Below, piece by piece: positions 10,106-19,437 of a stretch of DNA of 64,000 bases (position 1 is the stretch's first letter; every line of letters starts with the position of its first letter). The translations under genes and the position numbers were made by a program. The stretch is from an uncultured delta proteobacterium (GTDB lineage: Bacteria; Desulfobacterota; Binatia; UBA9968). The stretch covers positions 64,001 through 128,000 of the forward strand of contig CAWFJP010000015.1 in NCBI GenBank assembly GCA_963816145.1. Direction: 5' to 3'. Below the pieces are notes generated by a model. The model had not been told where the DNA came from, searched no databases, and saw only the letters and a list, made by a program, of their open reading frames with translations.

Positions 10106-11224
10106 CTATGCGCCGCGAAATAATTTCTCCGCCGACTGCATGGCCGGCTTGCGATACTTGATAACCACCTCTTCGGAGCCGTTCTCGAGCTCGTCGTATT
10201 TCTCCGGTGTAAGAATTTCCTTCGCCGCCGTGTGGCCGAATTCGCGCGTCCATTTGGTGTCGACATCTAAACGGCGGGTCGGCTGGCCCAGGGCTTTGGT
10301 CAGCGCCGTTTGGCCGTCCTTGGACAACAGCCAGTTTAAAAATACCTTGGCGGCGTTGGGATGAGGCGGGTTCTTGATCAAAACAACGTTGCCGCTGCCG
10401 GACGCTGCGTAGTATCCCTCCTTGATGTTCGAAATCGGTTTGACCGGCAACCCCGCTTTGATGAACGGCAAGTAGGTGTAATAGGAAAGACCGATGGAAA
10501 TCGCCGATTTGCCGCGGGCGACGTTTTCACCCAATTGGCGCAGGTTGCGCCCGACCAACATCTCCTGGGCGGCTAGCTTAGCGAGATAAGCTTCGCCTTT
10601 GATGCGCCAGAGAAACGCCCAGCTCGATTCGCCGGAACCCGGCGAACGCGGGTCTAGAATAGCAATCTTACCTTTCCATTTGGGATCGAGCAGGCTATCC
10701 CACGAGCTGATTTCTTCGGGCTTGACCAGCGTCGTATTGTACCAAATCGTTTCGGTCATATAGGCGGTAAAGCCGTAGATAAATTTCTTAGCGATATCGG
10801 CCCAGAGATGGCCGCCCCACCAGTACTTGGGGTCGCGCACTTCCGGCAAAATCATCGCCGGCATCACCGGTTCGAGAAGATTTTGCGCCAACAGTCCGGT
10901 AATGATTGAAGTGGTGCCGCCAACATGCAGGTCGATGCTGCGCACGCCGGCGTTTTGCTCGTCGACGATCTTGTTAATATTGCTGGCGCCGCGCGCCACA
11001 CTGAGTTCCAGCTCGATTCCTGGAAATGCTTTTTGGAAACCGCTTTCGAATTCCTTGCGCAGCTCCGCGCTGGTGGGAATCGAAACAACGACGCGACCTT
11101 CCTTCTTGGCGGCTTCGACGACCTTGTCCCATTCGGGGCTGCTAGTTTGCGAGAAAACAGCTGAGGCTAGAAACAACGTCAAGATGGAGACATGGGCCAA
11201 TGACATGACCGATTTTCGAACCAT
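10106..11224 (-). CDS. ABC extracellular solute-binding protein (AfuA/FbpA-like), tandem copy 2
   Basis: Signal peptide, AAKKEGRVV, LLDPKWKGKI, PHPNAAKVFLNWLLSKDGQ. Confidence 0.9.
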   Translation of the reverse strand: MVRKSVMSLAHVSILTLFLASAVFSQTSSPEWDKVVEAAKKEGRVVVSIPTSAELRKEFESGFQKAFPGIELELSVARGASNINKIVDEQNAGVRSIDLHVGGTTSIITGLLAQNLLEPVMPAMILPEVRDPKYWWGGHLWADIAKKFIYGFTAYMTETIWYNTTLVKPEEISSWDSLLDPKWKGKIAILDPRSPGSGESSWAFLWRIKGEAYLAKLAAQEMLVGRNLRQLGENVARGKSAISIGLSYYTYLPFIKAGLPVKPISNIKEGYYAASGSGNVVLIKNPPHPNAAKVFLNWLLSKDGQTALTKALGQPTRRLDVDTKWTREFGHTAAKEILTPEKYDELENGSEEVVIKYRKPAMQSAEKLFRGA

Positions 11225-11238
11225 GGAACGACCCTCCC

Positions 11239-12348
11239 CTAACCCAACAGTTTGCGCGCCAACGCCGCGGCGGGCTCACGCCAGCGATTGATCTTTTCCT
11301 CGGATTGATTTTGGCGTTTGTAATATTGCTCGATGGTCAGATGATCTTTTGCCGGCAGTACGCCGAACTCGCGCAGCCACTTGGTGTCGACGTCCAGGCG
11401 CCGCGTCGGTTGATGCATCGCTTTGGTGTAAACATCCTGGCCTTCACGGCTCATAAACCAGTTGAGAAACAGCCGCGCGGCGTTGGGATGCGGGGCGTTT
11501 TTCAAGACGACGACATGGCCGCTGCCGCCGGCGACGTACATCCCTTCCTTGGGCGCCGGCAGCGGCGCGACCGGCAAACCCGCTTTGATGAAAGGCGCGT
11601 AGTTGTAGTAACTAAGTCCGAGCACGAAAGCGATATTGCCTTTGGCCAGAATCTCCGCCAGAACGCGTTGATCGCGGCTCAAGGCGAGCTTTTGCCCCAC
11701 CAGCTTGCGCAGGTATTCCTCGCCTTTGATCTCGCGAAGATAGGACCATAACGATGCGCCCGAACCCGGAGTGCGCGGATCGAGAAAGCCGATCTTGCCT
11801 TTGAATTTCTCGTCGAGCAGATCGTCGAAGCTGCGCACATCTTCGGCTTTCATCATTTGGGAATTGAACCACAAGCTCTCCGGCTGATAGGCCAGGGTGC
11901 CGTAAACAAATTTTTTCGCGTTGTCGACCCAGATATGACCGCCCCACCACTGCTTCGGATCCTTGACTTCGGGCAGCACCATGTAGGGTTCCAGCGGATC
12001 GACAATACCTTCGGGCAGCATGCCCGTAACCACCGATTCACTGCCGCCCATATGCAGGTCGGTGTAGCGCACGCCCGCCTTGGCCTCATCCACCATCTTG
12101 CGCACCACGGTCGCCGCCCGGCCGACTATCGGCTCGACATCGATGCCGTAACGGTTCTCGAAAAGTCGTTCGATGGCGGCGCGTAACTCGTTGCTCGCCG
12201 GTAACGACACCACCACCTTGCCTTCTTTCTTGGCCGCTTCGACGACCTTGTCCCAGTCGGTTTGCCAAGCTGGTTTAGCCGTCTGCGCACTGACGCCGAC
12301 GGGGATCGCTGTCATGCAGCAAAATATCAGGCCGCTAATTAGTTTCAT
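11239..12348 (-). CDS. ABC extracellular solute-binding protein (AfuA/FbpA-like), tandem copy 1
   Basis: Start moved to MKLISG (12348) because the longer ORF N-terminus is read through REP repeats; AAKKEGKVV, APHPNAARLFLNWFMSREGQ. Confidence 0.9.
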   Translation of the reverse strand: MKLISGLIFCCMTAIPVGVSAQTAKPAWQTDWDKVVEAAKKEGKVVVSLPASNELRAAIERLFENRYGIDVEPIVGRAATVVRKMVDEAKAGVRYTDLHMGGSESVVTGMLPEGIVDPLEPYMVLPEVKDPKQWWGGHIWVDNAKKFVYGTLAYQPESLWFNSQMMKAEDVRSFDDLLDEKFKGKIGFLDPRTPGSGASLWSYLREIKGEEYLRKLVGQKLALSRDQRVLAEILAKGNIAFVLGLSYYNYAPFIKAGLPVAPLPAPKEGMYVAGGSGHVVVLKNAPHPNAARLFLNWFMSREGQDVYTKAMHQPTRRLDVDTKWLREFGVLPAKDHLTIEQYYKRQNQSEEKINRWREPAAALARKLLG

Positions 12349-12369
12349 TGGAGGATTACGCATATCCAA

Positions 12370-12438
12370 GAGGGCGGGTTTGTAACCCGCCCCTACACGT
12401 CGTCTTTCTTTTTTGCGTCGTTTGCGTTCTTTGCGGCC
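12370..12438 (-). repeat. GTAG-type REP palindrome plus 9-bp-period repeat
   Basis: Minus strand GTAGGGGCGGGTTACAAACCCGCCCTC (12370-12396); TTTGCG recurs at 12412, 12421, 12430. Confidence 0.7.
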
Positions 12439-12452
12439 ATTTCTTCGGTCTC

Positions 12453-13574
12453 TCAAAGCCCAGCGTATTCGAAGTGCGGCATCGCCGAGGGCACACCGAG
12501 TTTCTTGATGGCGGACTCGAAGTCGATGCGGATCTGCGGGTCCTCATCCTCGTACTCGATTAAAGTTCCGCCGTCTCGCGTGCTGGTGCGCACGCCCTCT
12601 TTATTGATTGCGCGCCAGCAGCCGAGCAGATATTTTCCCGACTGGCCGCTGTAGCGAAACGCCAGCTGGCGCGCCTTTTCATCGCCGGTGTTGAAATGCT
12701 GGTGAAACCAGCCGCTCGGCGGGCTAAAAACACTGCCTTCGCGCCAATCGACTTTCACAACCTGATCCGCGTGTCCCGATTGATAGGGTCTAATCCCCGC
12801 TTCCGGCGGCCACATGAGCGTGTAGCCCTCGGAGCGCAGAATCAAAAGAATCGCCCCGCCTTGATGAAAGTGCGCTTTGTGATAACGGCCGAGGGGCCAT
12901 TCGGCAATATGGCCGACCAGCGTGCTGCCGCCCATGTCGAAGGAGGTAATCTTGACCCCATACCCTTTGGCTTCCGACGGATCGACCAGCGCGCCGCGCG
13001 CATCAGCGATGAAATTGGTATCCCAGTTGATAAAACCGCCGATTTCCTTGCGCGAATTTGTGGGGACAAAATAGTCTCTCTCGCTATCGAAACGGTCGCC
13101 AAACTTGTAATCGCTGCCCATGACAAACGGAATATTGTGCAACAAATCGATCATCAACGGCGCGCTGGTGACCGCCAGAAAAAATGCCGGTTCCCGGCTA
13201 CCGTTGATCATGCGATGGCGGGTATTGAGCGGGATCGCGAACAAACTCCCCTGCTGCCATTCAAAATGCATCTTGCACTTTTCATCGCCGGCGGACCAAA
13301 GCTCGGTCGCGCCGATGCCTTGAATAATGTAGATCAACTCTTCGTAGAGGTGATGTTCCGGATTGAGCGCGGCGCCGGGCGCGATCTCGCCGACGTACAT
13401 GCCGGTGAATCCTTCCATGCCCTTGAGGTCGATGTAAGCGCCCCTGCCGCCGGTTCGCTTCCAGGGCTTTAACGCGAGATCCCTGACGTCCGTGACGCCA
13501 TATCCGCCGACAACCGGAATGTCTTCTTCGTCGAGCCAGACTTCATAACTGGTTTTGCGTTTCGCCACCGTCAT
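12453..13574 (-). CDS. Bicupin protein (gentisate 1,2-dioxygenase-like fold), paralog 2
   Basis: EHHLYEELIYIIQG, YHKAHFHQGGA, GSVFSPPSGWFHQHFN; colinear with 1202..2353. Confidence 0.8.
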   Translation of the reverse strand: MTVAKRKTSYEVWLDEEDIPVVGGYGVTDVRDLALKPWKRTGGRGAYIDLKGMEGFTGMYVGEIAPGAALNPEHHLYEELIYIIQGIGATELWSAGDEKCKMHFEWQQGSLFAIPLNTRHRMINGSREPAFFLAVTSAPLMIDLLHNIPFVMGSDYKFGDRFDSERDYFVPTNSRKEIGGFINWDTNFIADARGALVDPSEAKGYGVKITSFDMGGSTLVGHIAEWPLGRYHKAHFHQGGAILLILRSEGYTLMWPPEAGIRPYQSGHADQVVKVDWREGSVFSPPSGWFHQHFNTGDEKARQLAFRYSGQSGKYLLGCWRAINKEGVRTSTRDGGTLIEYEDEDPQIRIDFESAIKKLGVPSAMPHFEYAGL

Positions 13575-13583
13575 CCATCCCTT

Positions 13584-15158
13584 CTATTTCTTGGCTGCAT
13601 AGAAATAATCACCGCGCGCCACGGCCGCGGCGATTTCGTCGTCTCGAGCGGTCCACAGATCGAGGGGATAACCGTACCAGGGATCGCGCAGCTTGAGCTC
13701 GGGCATTTCCTCTTGGCGCCAAATCTCCAAAGCGCGCTCCATGAACTCCTTCTTGGGCAAACCCACCGGCGGATATTTACCCTTGCGCGTCGCGTCGATA
13801 AGCAGGCCCGAGCAGCCCACCGGCGGCGGAAAGAAACGCTCTTCAGGATTATTCATCAAAGCATACGCCGACGGATCGAGCAGCGGGCTTTTGCCAGTGA
13901 CGATCTGCGCGTCGCGATGAGGCTGGCAGGCAAAGCTGATCGCCCACATGACCATCTCCGGGTCCTTGGGATCGATATCTTCGTCGACCGTGATGATAAT
14001 CTTGTTGGTCGTGTCCATGCCGGAGGCCGCTTGAAGCGCCTGCTTGGGCTTGCTCGGATGGCTTTTCGCCATGCGAATCACCCACCAATTCCAACCACCG
14101 CCCATTTCCGGACAACAGATTTCCAAAACCTCGGGAATGTTGCAGCTATATTTGAGAAAGTTATAGAGCATCAGCTCGCGGCAGGTGCGCGAAATGCCGT
14201 TGGATTCGCTCGGCGGCAAGCCGACCAAGATACCCGTGAAGATGGCGTTGCGGCGGTGGGTGATCGCCGTGATATCGATGACCGGCCGCAATCCGCGCTC
14301 GGCCATTAGATACCCTGGGTAATCGCTGAACGGCTCGCCGCGCTCCATGGCATCGAGGGAAATTTCTCCCTCGATGACGATCTCCGCGTCCGCTGGAACT
14401 TCCAGCGGAATAGTCTTGCACGGCACCATATCGACGGGGCGCTGGCGAATGCCGCCGGCGACGGCGATCTCATCGACCCCGTAAGGCAGATTGGCGGCGG
14501 AAACGTAGACAATGTCGGGGAGACAGCCAAGCACGATCGCCACGGGCAAGGGCTTCTTTTGCCGCACGGCGGTCGGGTGGTGGTAAAGCATGGCGTGGTG
14601 CGTCTTGGCGATGCCCGCAATCAGCTTGTGATCGGCGCGAAAGTGGCCGCTGTACATGCCGACGTTGCGCACGCCGGACTCGGGATCTTTCGTGATGAAC
14701 GGCGCCGTCACGCGAATCGCGCAGCTAAAGCCCGGCTCCTCCACCGGCGACGGCAAACGAGTGACGGGAAACTCTTTCAACCTGCTTCCGCTGAACACCT
14801 CTTCTTGCACCGGCGCGGTCGTGACGATCGCCGGCTCGTGCATATGCGCCATCGCATGGCGCCACTTTTCGTAAATATCCATCGGATCATCACAACCCAA
14901 TCCCAGGGATGCGATGGGCCGCGAGGAGCCATAGACTCCCGTGGCGACTTTGATGTCGAATTGCTTGTCGTTGCCGTCGCGCACGTTCTCGTACAGGAAC
15001 GCTTGCCGCTTGCTGTCGTCGATGCCGCGGTATTGCAGCCGCATGAGCGGCATCAGCTCGGTATCTTTGTTAACCGGCCGGCTCCAACGATGCAGCTTGC
15101 CGCGTTTTTCCAGCTCGCCGATGTAGTCGCGAAAGTCTGCAAAATAGTCTTTCAGCAT
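13584..15158 (-). CDS. UbiD-family protein, paralog 2 (divergent active site)
   Basis: DFRDYI, AFLYENV, VPADAEIVIEG, KIIITVDEDIDP, IDAT; NVGMYS and GEPFSDYPGY replace the canonical NxGxYR and EGPFG[DE]. Confidence 0.88.
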   Translation of the reverse strand: MLKDYFADFRDYIGELEKRGKLHRWSRPVNKDTELMPLMRLQYRGIDDSKRQAFLYENVRDGNDKQFDIKVATGVYGSSRPIASLGLGCDDPMDIYEKWRHAMAHMHEPAIVTTAPVQEEVFSGSRLKEFPVTRLPSPVEEPGFSCAIRVTAPFITKDPESGVRNVGMYSGHFRADHKLIAGIAKTHHAMLYHHPTAVRQKKPLPVAIVLGCLPDIVYVSAANLPYGVDEIAVAGGIRQRPVDMVPCKTIPLEVPADAEIVIEGEISLDAMERGEPFSDYPGYLMAERGLRPVIDITAITHRRNAIFTGILVGLPPSESNGISRTCRELMLYNFLKYSCNIPEVLEICCPEMGGGWNWWVIRMAKSHPSKPKQALQAASGMDTTNKIIITVDEDIDPKDPEMVMWAISFACQPHRDAQIVTGKSPLLDPSAYALMNNPEERFFPPPVGCSGLLIDATRKGKYPPVGLPKKEFMERALEIWRQEEMPELKLRDPWYGYPLDLWTARDDEIAAAVARGDYFYAAKK

Positions 15159-15188
15159 TCTTTTATTGCCTCCGAGTCGCTGGTATTT

Positions 15189-15320
15189 CTAGCGCAGAAT
15201 CGCTTGCGCGAATCTGGCCGCCGGCTCGCCCACCTCGTCGAGCTTTTCTTCGGATTGATTTTCCACTTGCAAAAAATCCTGCACGCTCATTTGATCCGTG
15301 GCGGGGACGACACCATTGCG
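15189..15320 (-). pseudogene. C-terminal remnant of a fifth AfuA-like solute-binding protein
   Basis: Manual translation RNGVVPATDQMSVQDFLQVENQSEEKLDEVGEPAARFAQAILR* matches the ENQSEEKI..REPAA..ARKLL C-termini of the four paralogs; in-frame stop ~90 nt upstream and no SBP-like sequence or start before the homologous segment. Confidence 0.8.
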
Positions 15321-15421
15321 TGCATCCGTTTGCTTACTGTCAGTCGAAATAAAATTGTCCGAATTCGCTTGAACACGAGAACATCCGAGAACGCCAACTA
15401 AGATTTAGTTGGAATAAGAAA

Positions 15422-15458
15422 CCTTTAAAAGTAAATATTACATATGTCAAGTAATATT
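15422..15458 (-). promoter_or_regulatory. Candidate sigma70 promoter with overlapping palindromic operator for the UbiD/XDH operon
   Basis: Minus TTGACA (15445-15450), 17-bp spacer, weak -10 TAAAGG; inverted repeat AATATTAC-N9-GTAATATT (15434-15458). Confidence 0.5.
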
Positions 15459-15600
15459 CCCGTGTTTTTTCAAGGACTAGGAAGCCACCGAAGGCTAAAC
15501 CAGAATATTCCGTCGAATACCTTAAGGGAGCGTTGCTGCGGCCCAGTTGGACTGTCGAATACCAGCCATTGCCGGGGTATCGCATTGCTGGGAAAGACAC

Positions 15601-15646
15601 AACCGCATTAGGCTATCGAGAGATTCGATAGCCTAATGCGGTTTTT
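15601..15646. terminator. Long perfect hairpin, likely intrinsic terminator downstream of the ThDP-enzyme gene
   Basis: AACCGCATTAGGCTATCGA-GAGAT-TCGATAGCCTAATGCGGTT, T-run on the plus side. Confidence 0.75.
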
Positions 15647-15684
15647 GCTAAAAAAACGAAGGGACTACGAAACCTATGGGCGGG

Positions 15685-17544
15685 TTATTTCTTTCCCAAA
15701 CTCGCCCGTTGATCGGGCCCGCTATCGGCGTAACCCGGCTGCACCAGGGAATCGATAAAGTACCGTCCGCCCTTGGCAACGATGGCCGCGCCTTTCTTGA
15801 GCGCTTTCATTAAAGCGTCTGAAGTCGACACCGGCGCTTCACTGTCGAAGCCCTGCGCTCGCGCCATGGCGACCAGATCGACGCGCGGGTTATCGATCTG
15901 CTGGCCGATCCAACGATTTTGCGCCGGACGGCTGCGCATCTTTGCGACCCGTTCCTGATGCAACTCGTCGTTGAAATAAGACCGATTGTCCGCCACCACG
16001 ATCATCACCGGAATATTGAAATGGGACGCCGTCCACAAGGCATTCACACCCATGAGGTAATCACCATCGCCGAGGACGCCGATGGTCAATCGCCCGGAAT
16101 CTTTTAGCGCCAGCGCCGCGCCGATGGTATGTCCAGGTCCGGTGCCGACTGCGCCGCCGCCGTCGTTGCCCATAAACGACAGCGGCCCATCGAATTCATA
16201 GGCTTCGCCCGGCCAACCGATCGGCAGACGCGAGAAAGTCACGTCGCGCCGTTTGGCGAACTCGCGGACGGTCATCGCCATATCCCACATAGTCATCTCG
16301 CCCTTCGTCGAGAACTTCGCGAATTTAGTATCGTTCCAATGACTCAGCGACTTCATCTCGGCGCGCTGCTTCACCTTCGGCGCTCTCACGCCGCCCAGTT
16401 CATTGAGCAATTGCCCGACGAATTGATCCGGCTCGGCAAGAATGGGAACATCCACCGCAGGAAGCGCCTGATGATCCATGCTCCAACCATTGGTCCGGTA
16501 GTTATCGACGGAGCAGTGAATAATCGTTTTCGCTGCCGGCTCTTGCGTCTGCGCCTTGCCCAAGCTCAAACGCAGCACACCGGCGAGATCGAGCCAATCT
16601 AAACTGATGATCAAATCGGCCTTTTGGATCAAAGCTGTCGCTGCCTTGTTCGGGCGCACGCAAGGCGCGGCAAAATGAAGCGGGTGCGTCGTCGGAAACG
16701 CCGACGGATCGTTGCTGCTGGTCAACACCGCGGCGCCGATCGCTTCAGCGAAGCGCACGCGCCGATCCCAATCGGCTTGATCGCGCGACACGCGCCCGGC
16801 CAAGATCAACGGGAACTTCGCTTGCTCGATGGCCTTCAGCGCCTGCCGAATCGACGCAGGCGAAACCGCCGGCGTCGGGGCCGGCGCGAAGCGCGAGGCG
16901 TCAGGAATGATGATTTCGTCGCTAAGCCCCGACTCCTGCAAACCGGCATCGAGACAGATATAAACCGGTCCGCGCGGCGCCGTGCGGGTGATTTGATTGG
17001 CCCGCAGCACCGACTCGACCGCCGCCTGAGCCGAGGCCGGTTGATCGTCCCATTTGGTGTAATCGCGAATCAGCGCGCCTTGATCCTTGGATGTATGAAT
17101 CCAGTCGATCCACGGCCGGCGCAGATGCGCATCCACCGGACCGGTCGCGCCGAAAATAATCATCGGCGTGCGGTCGCACCAGGCGTTGAAGATCGGCATG
17201 GTCGCATGCAGCAGACCGACGTTGGCATGCAGTGCCACCGCCATCGGCGTCTCGGTCACTTTGCCGTAGCCGTCGGCGATCGACACCGCGTGTTCTTCAT
17301 GAAGGCAAATCACCATCTGCGGATTTTCATTGCCGAGATAGTTGACGATGCTGTCGTGAAAACCGCGGTAGCTCGCCCCCGGCACCAAGGCGATGTATTT
17401 AAGGTTGAGCCGACGCGTCGTTTCGGCGACCACGTCGCTGCCCCACTTCATTTGCGGCGTGCCTAGGCTTTCCGGCCGGTCGATGCTGCCGCGGCTTGAC
17501 TGACGCTTGTTCGCCTTGAGCGCCTTTTTTGTGGTTTTCATCAT
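15685..17544 (-). CDS. Thiamine diphosphate-dependent enzyme (acetolactate synthase/benzoylformate decarboxylase-like)
   Basis: PGAS, CLHEEHAVSIADGY, PRGPVYI, GDGDYLMG...ADN ThDP motif. Confidence 0.9.
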   Translation of the reverse strand: MMKTTKKALKANKRQSSRGSIDRPESLGTPQMKWGSDVVAETTRRLNLKYIALVPGASYRGFHDSIVNYLGNENPQMVICLHEEHAVSIADGYGKVTETPMAVALHANVGLLHATMPIFNAWCDRTPMIIFGATGPVDAHLRRPWIDWIHTSKDQGALIRDYTKWDDQPASAQAAVESVLRANQITRTAPRGPVYICLDAGLQESGLSDEIIIPDASRFAPAPTPAVSPASIRQALKAIEQAKFPLILAGRVSRDQADWDRRVRFAEAIGAAVLTSSNDPSAFPTTHPLHFAAPCVRPNKAATALIQKADLIISLDWLDLAGVLRLSLGKAQTQEPAAKTIIHCSVDNYRTNGWSMDHQALPAVDVPILAEPDQFVGQLLNELGGVRAPKVKQRAEMKSLSHWNDTKFAKFSTKGEMTMWDMAMTVREFAKRRDVTFSRLPIGWPGEAYEFDGPLSFMGNDGGGAVGTGPGHTIGAALALKDSGRLTIGVLGDGDYLMGVNALWTASHFNIPVMIVVADNRSYFNDELHQERVAKMRSRPAQNRWIGQQIDNPRVDLVAMARAQGFDSEAPVSTSDALMKALKKGAAIVAKGGRYFIDSLVQPGYADSGPDQRASLGKK

Positions 17545-17681
17545 CTCTCCTTTATTTGTCGGGTCGTGTTAAATAGATTCCAGGCAACTGGCGCGGCATT
17601 GCCGCGCTGCGCAGCAGTTCGCCGGATATAACCGATAGGACAGTTATGGTCCAACCCTGCTGGCGTGAAGACAGTGGTTTC

Positions 17682-18614
17682 TCACGCCGTCTTAGCATAC
17701 TTGCCGGTGAGCTGGGGCGTAAACCCTTCCAAGCCTTTTTCCTGACGCTGCAAACGAGTTTCCCGCGCCCAGGTGCGTTTGAGATCGTCGCATATCTTAA
17801 TATGCAAGCGGCCGAGCGGTTCGGTTTCGATCTCGATGAGATCGCCGTCTTGAAACGGATTGAGGCCGCGGTGATTCGTACCCAGAGCTAAAATATCGCC
17901 CGGCTCCAGCGGATGGATCGAGCTGACCCATTCGATGCAGCGGGGAATTTTATGCGCCATGTCGCTCGTGTGGTAGTTCTGCATCAACACACCGTTGTTC
18001 CACAGCCGCACCTGAAGATTATGTGGATCTTGGATCTCGTCGGCAGTGACGATAAACGGTCCGGTGGGCGCGAAGGTCGCCCGCGACTTCATCTGGTAAA
18101 ACGTATTGCCTGCCGGCGGCAGACCGCGCGCCGAGCCGTCGATAAAATTCATGTAGCCGAAGACATAGTCCATCGCCTGCGCCGCCGGCACATTGTCGGC
18201 GCGCTTGCCGATCACCAAGGCCAGTTCAGCCTCGCCTTCGAAGATCGGCGCCGGCACGTCGGGCAGGACCATGGTATCGCCATCGCCGACGATCGCGTTG
18301 GGCGATTTGTGAAAAGCATTGATCGGCGCCGGCTCTTTGCGCGTGCCGTCTTCCATGTAATTTACCGCCATGCAGTCGATATTCACCGGCCGCGGCAACG
18401 GCGGACGAATACGCACGCTGCTTAGCGGCACACCGGTTCCCGCAGCCGTAGCCTTTTCAAGCGCGCCGCGATAGTCGGCGAAGCGTTCGAGCAAGCCGCT
18501 GATGAGATTATGCGGCCCGGTGTGCGGAATCTCTTTTGTCACCGCCGACACATCCACGACAGCATCGCCTTTGAGCACGCCGAGCTTGAAATCGTCGAAA
18601 AACAGAATTTTCAT
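17682..18614 (-). CDS. Fumarylacetoacetate hydrolase-family protein
   Basis: AVNY, FHKSP, FEGEAELALVIGK, VFGY, KS..TFAPTGP, LEPGDILALGT; start MKILFF with GGAG RBS. Confidence 0.9.
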   Translation of the reverse strand: MKILFFDDFKLGVLKGDAVVDVSAVTKEIPHTGPHNLISGLLERFADYRGALEKATAAGTGVPLSSVRIRPPLPRPVNIDCMAVNYMEDGTRKEPAPINAFHKSPNAIVGDGDTMVLPDVPAPIFEGEAELALVIGKRADNVPAAQAMDYVFGYMNFIDGSARGLPPAGNTFYQMKSRATFAPTGPFIVTADEIQDPHNLQVRLWNNGVLMQNYHTSDMAHKIPRCIEWVSSIHPLEPGDILALGTNHRGLNPFQDGDLIEIETEPLGRLHIKICDDLKRTWARETRLQRQEKGLEGFTPQLTGKYAKTA

Positions 18615-18710
18615 ACCTACTCCTCCAAAATCATCCCAAGAGATATAACCGAGATGCAGGCGCGACAACAAGCGGTAAAGAGATCTTTCGAGAACAGTGA
18701 CCGAAGCAGC

Positions 18711-19358
18711 TTACCAGCGATCCTGGCCCATTGCCCAGCGGTCCAGGCTCGCCAGATATTCACGGAATAGGACCATGCGCATGGCGACCGCCCGGCGCAC
18801 GCGGTCTTGGCGTTCTTCAGTCGTTGCATAGCGCTTGAGAAACAGCTGCGGCACACTGCCATGCCCCTCTTCATCTTCAGTAATCTTCCGATAGGGCTGC
18901 TTGATCCATTCGGGAACATCGGGTGAGCTAAGACATAGCTGAATCAGATGGTTGGCAACCGTCTCGCCCGCCAGCGACAATCCGGCGATCCGTTCGCAGG
19001 TCTCGTTCAAACCCTCCATAGCGTTGAACATAGCGATCTGCGCCGGTAGCGGTTTGTAGTCGAAAGGCTCACGGCCGCGGTCGCGGATGCGCTTGCTCAA
19101 GAGCTGCGCGTGAACCATCTCTTCATGCGCCGACTCGGCCATGGTCGCTTTGACGTCGAACTCTGGAGTGGTTTTGAGCCAGCTGCCAAAGAGATCGGCG
19201 GCGCGCAGCTCGTTGAATAACCGACTCTGCATCACCCGGATGCGTTGGTCATCGGTGCGCAGCGGCACGTAGGAGTACGCCGGCGGAATGCCATCGAGAA
19301 CACGGCAAAACTCCCGCACCGGCGCTAGGATCTCCTGCAAGAATTCGTCACTGTTCAT
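18711..19358 (-). CDS. Ferritin-like (diiron carboxylate) domain protein
   Basis: Helical pattern E(LRAA)...EEMVH...E(TVA)...DEEGH (two ExxH). Confidence 0.7.
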   Translation of the reverse strand: MNSDEFLQEILAPVREFCRVLDGIPPAYSYVPLRTDDQRIRVMQSRLFNELRAADLFGSWLKTTPEFDVKATMAESAHEEMVHAQLLSKRIRDRGREPFDYKPLPAQIAMFNAMEGLNETCERIAGLSLAGETVANHLIQLCLSSPDVPEWIKQPYRKITEDEEGHGSVPQLFLKRYATTEERQDRVRRAVAMRMVLFREYLASLDRWAMGQDRW

Positions 19359-19391
19359 AGGCGACGCCGCTTAAAAGGGTCTTGAAACGCT

Positions 19392-19424
19392 TTGAACGAC
19401 TTGAACTATTGGAACGTTTGGAAC
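19392..19424. repeat. 9-bp-period intergenic repeat
   Basis: TTGAAC/TGGAAC at 19392, 19401, 19410, 19419. Confidence 0.65.
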
Positions 19425-19437
19425 CTTGCTTCCGACC

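Noticed and set aside
15340-15600. 86-aa ORF in the control region
   Set aside because: Crosses the AT-rich promoter/operator, has atypical composition and no RBS.
19392-19424. CRISPR array (also considered for other short repeats)
   Set aside because: Units are 7-9 bp without spacers, and there are no cas genes.
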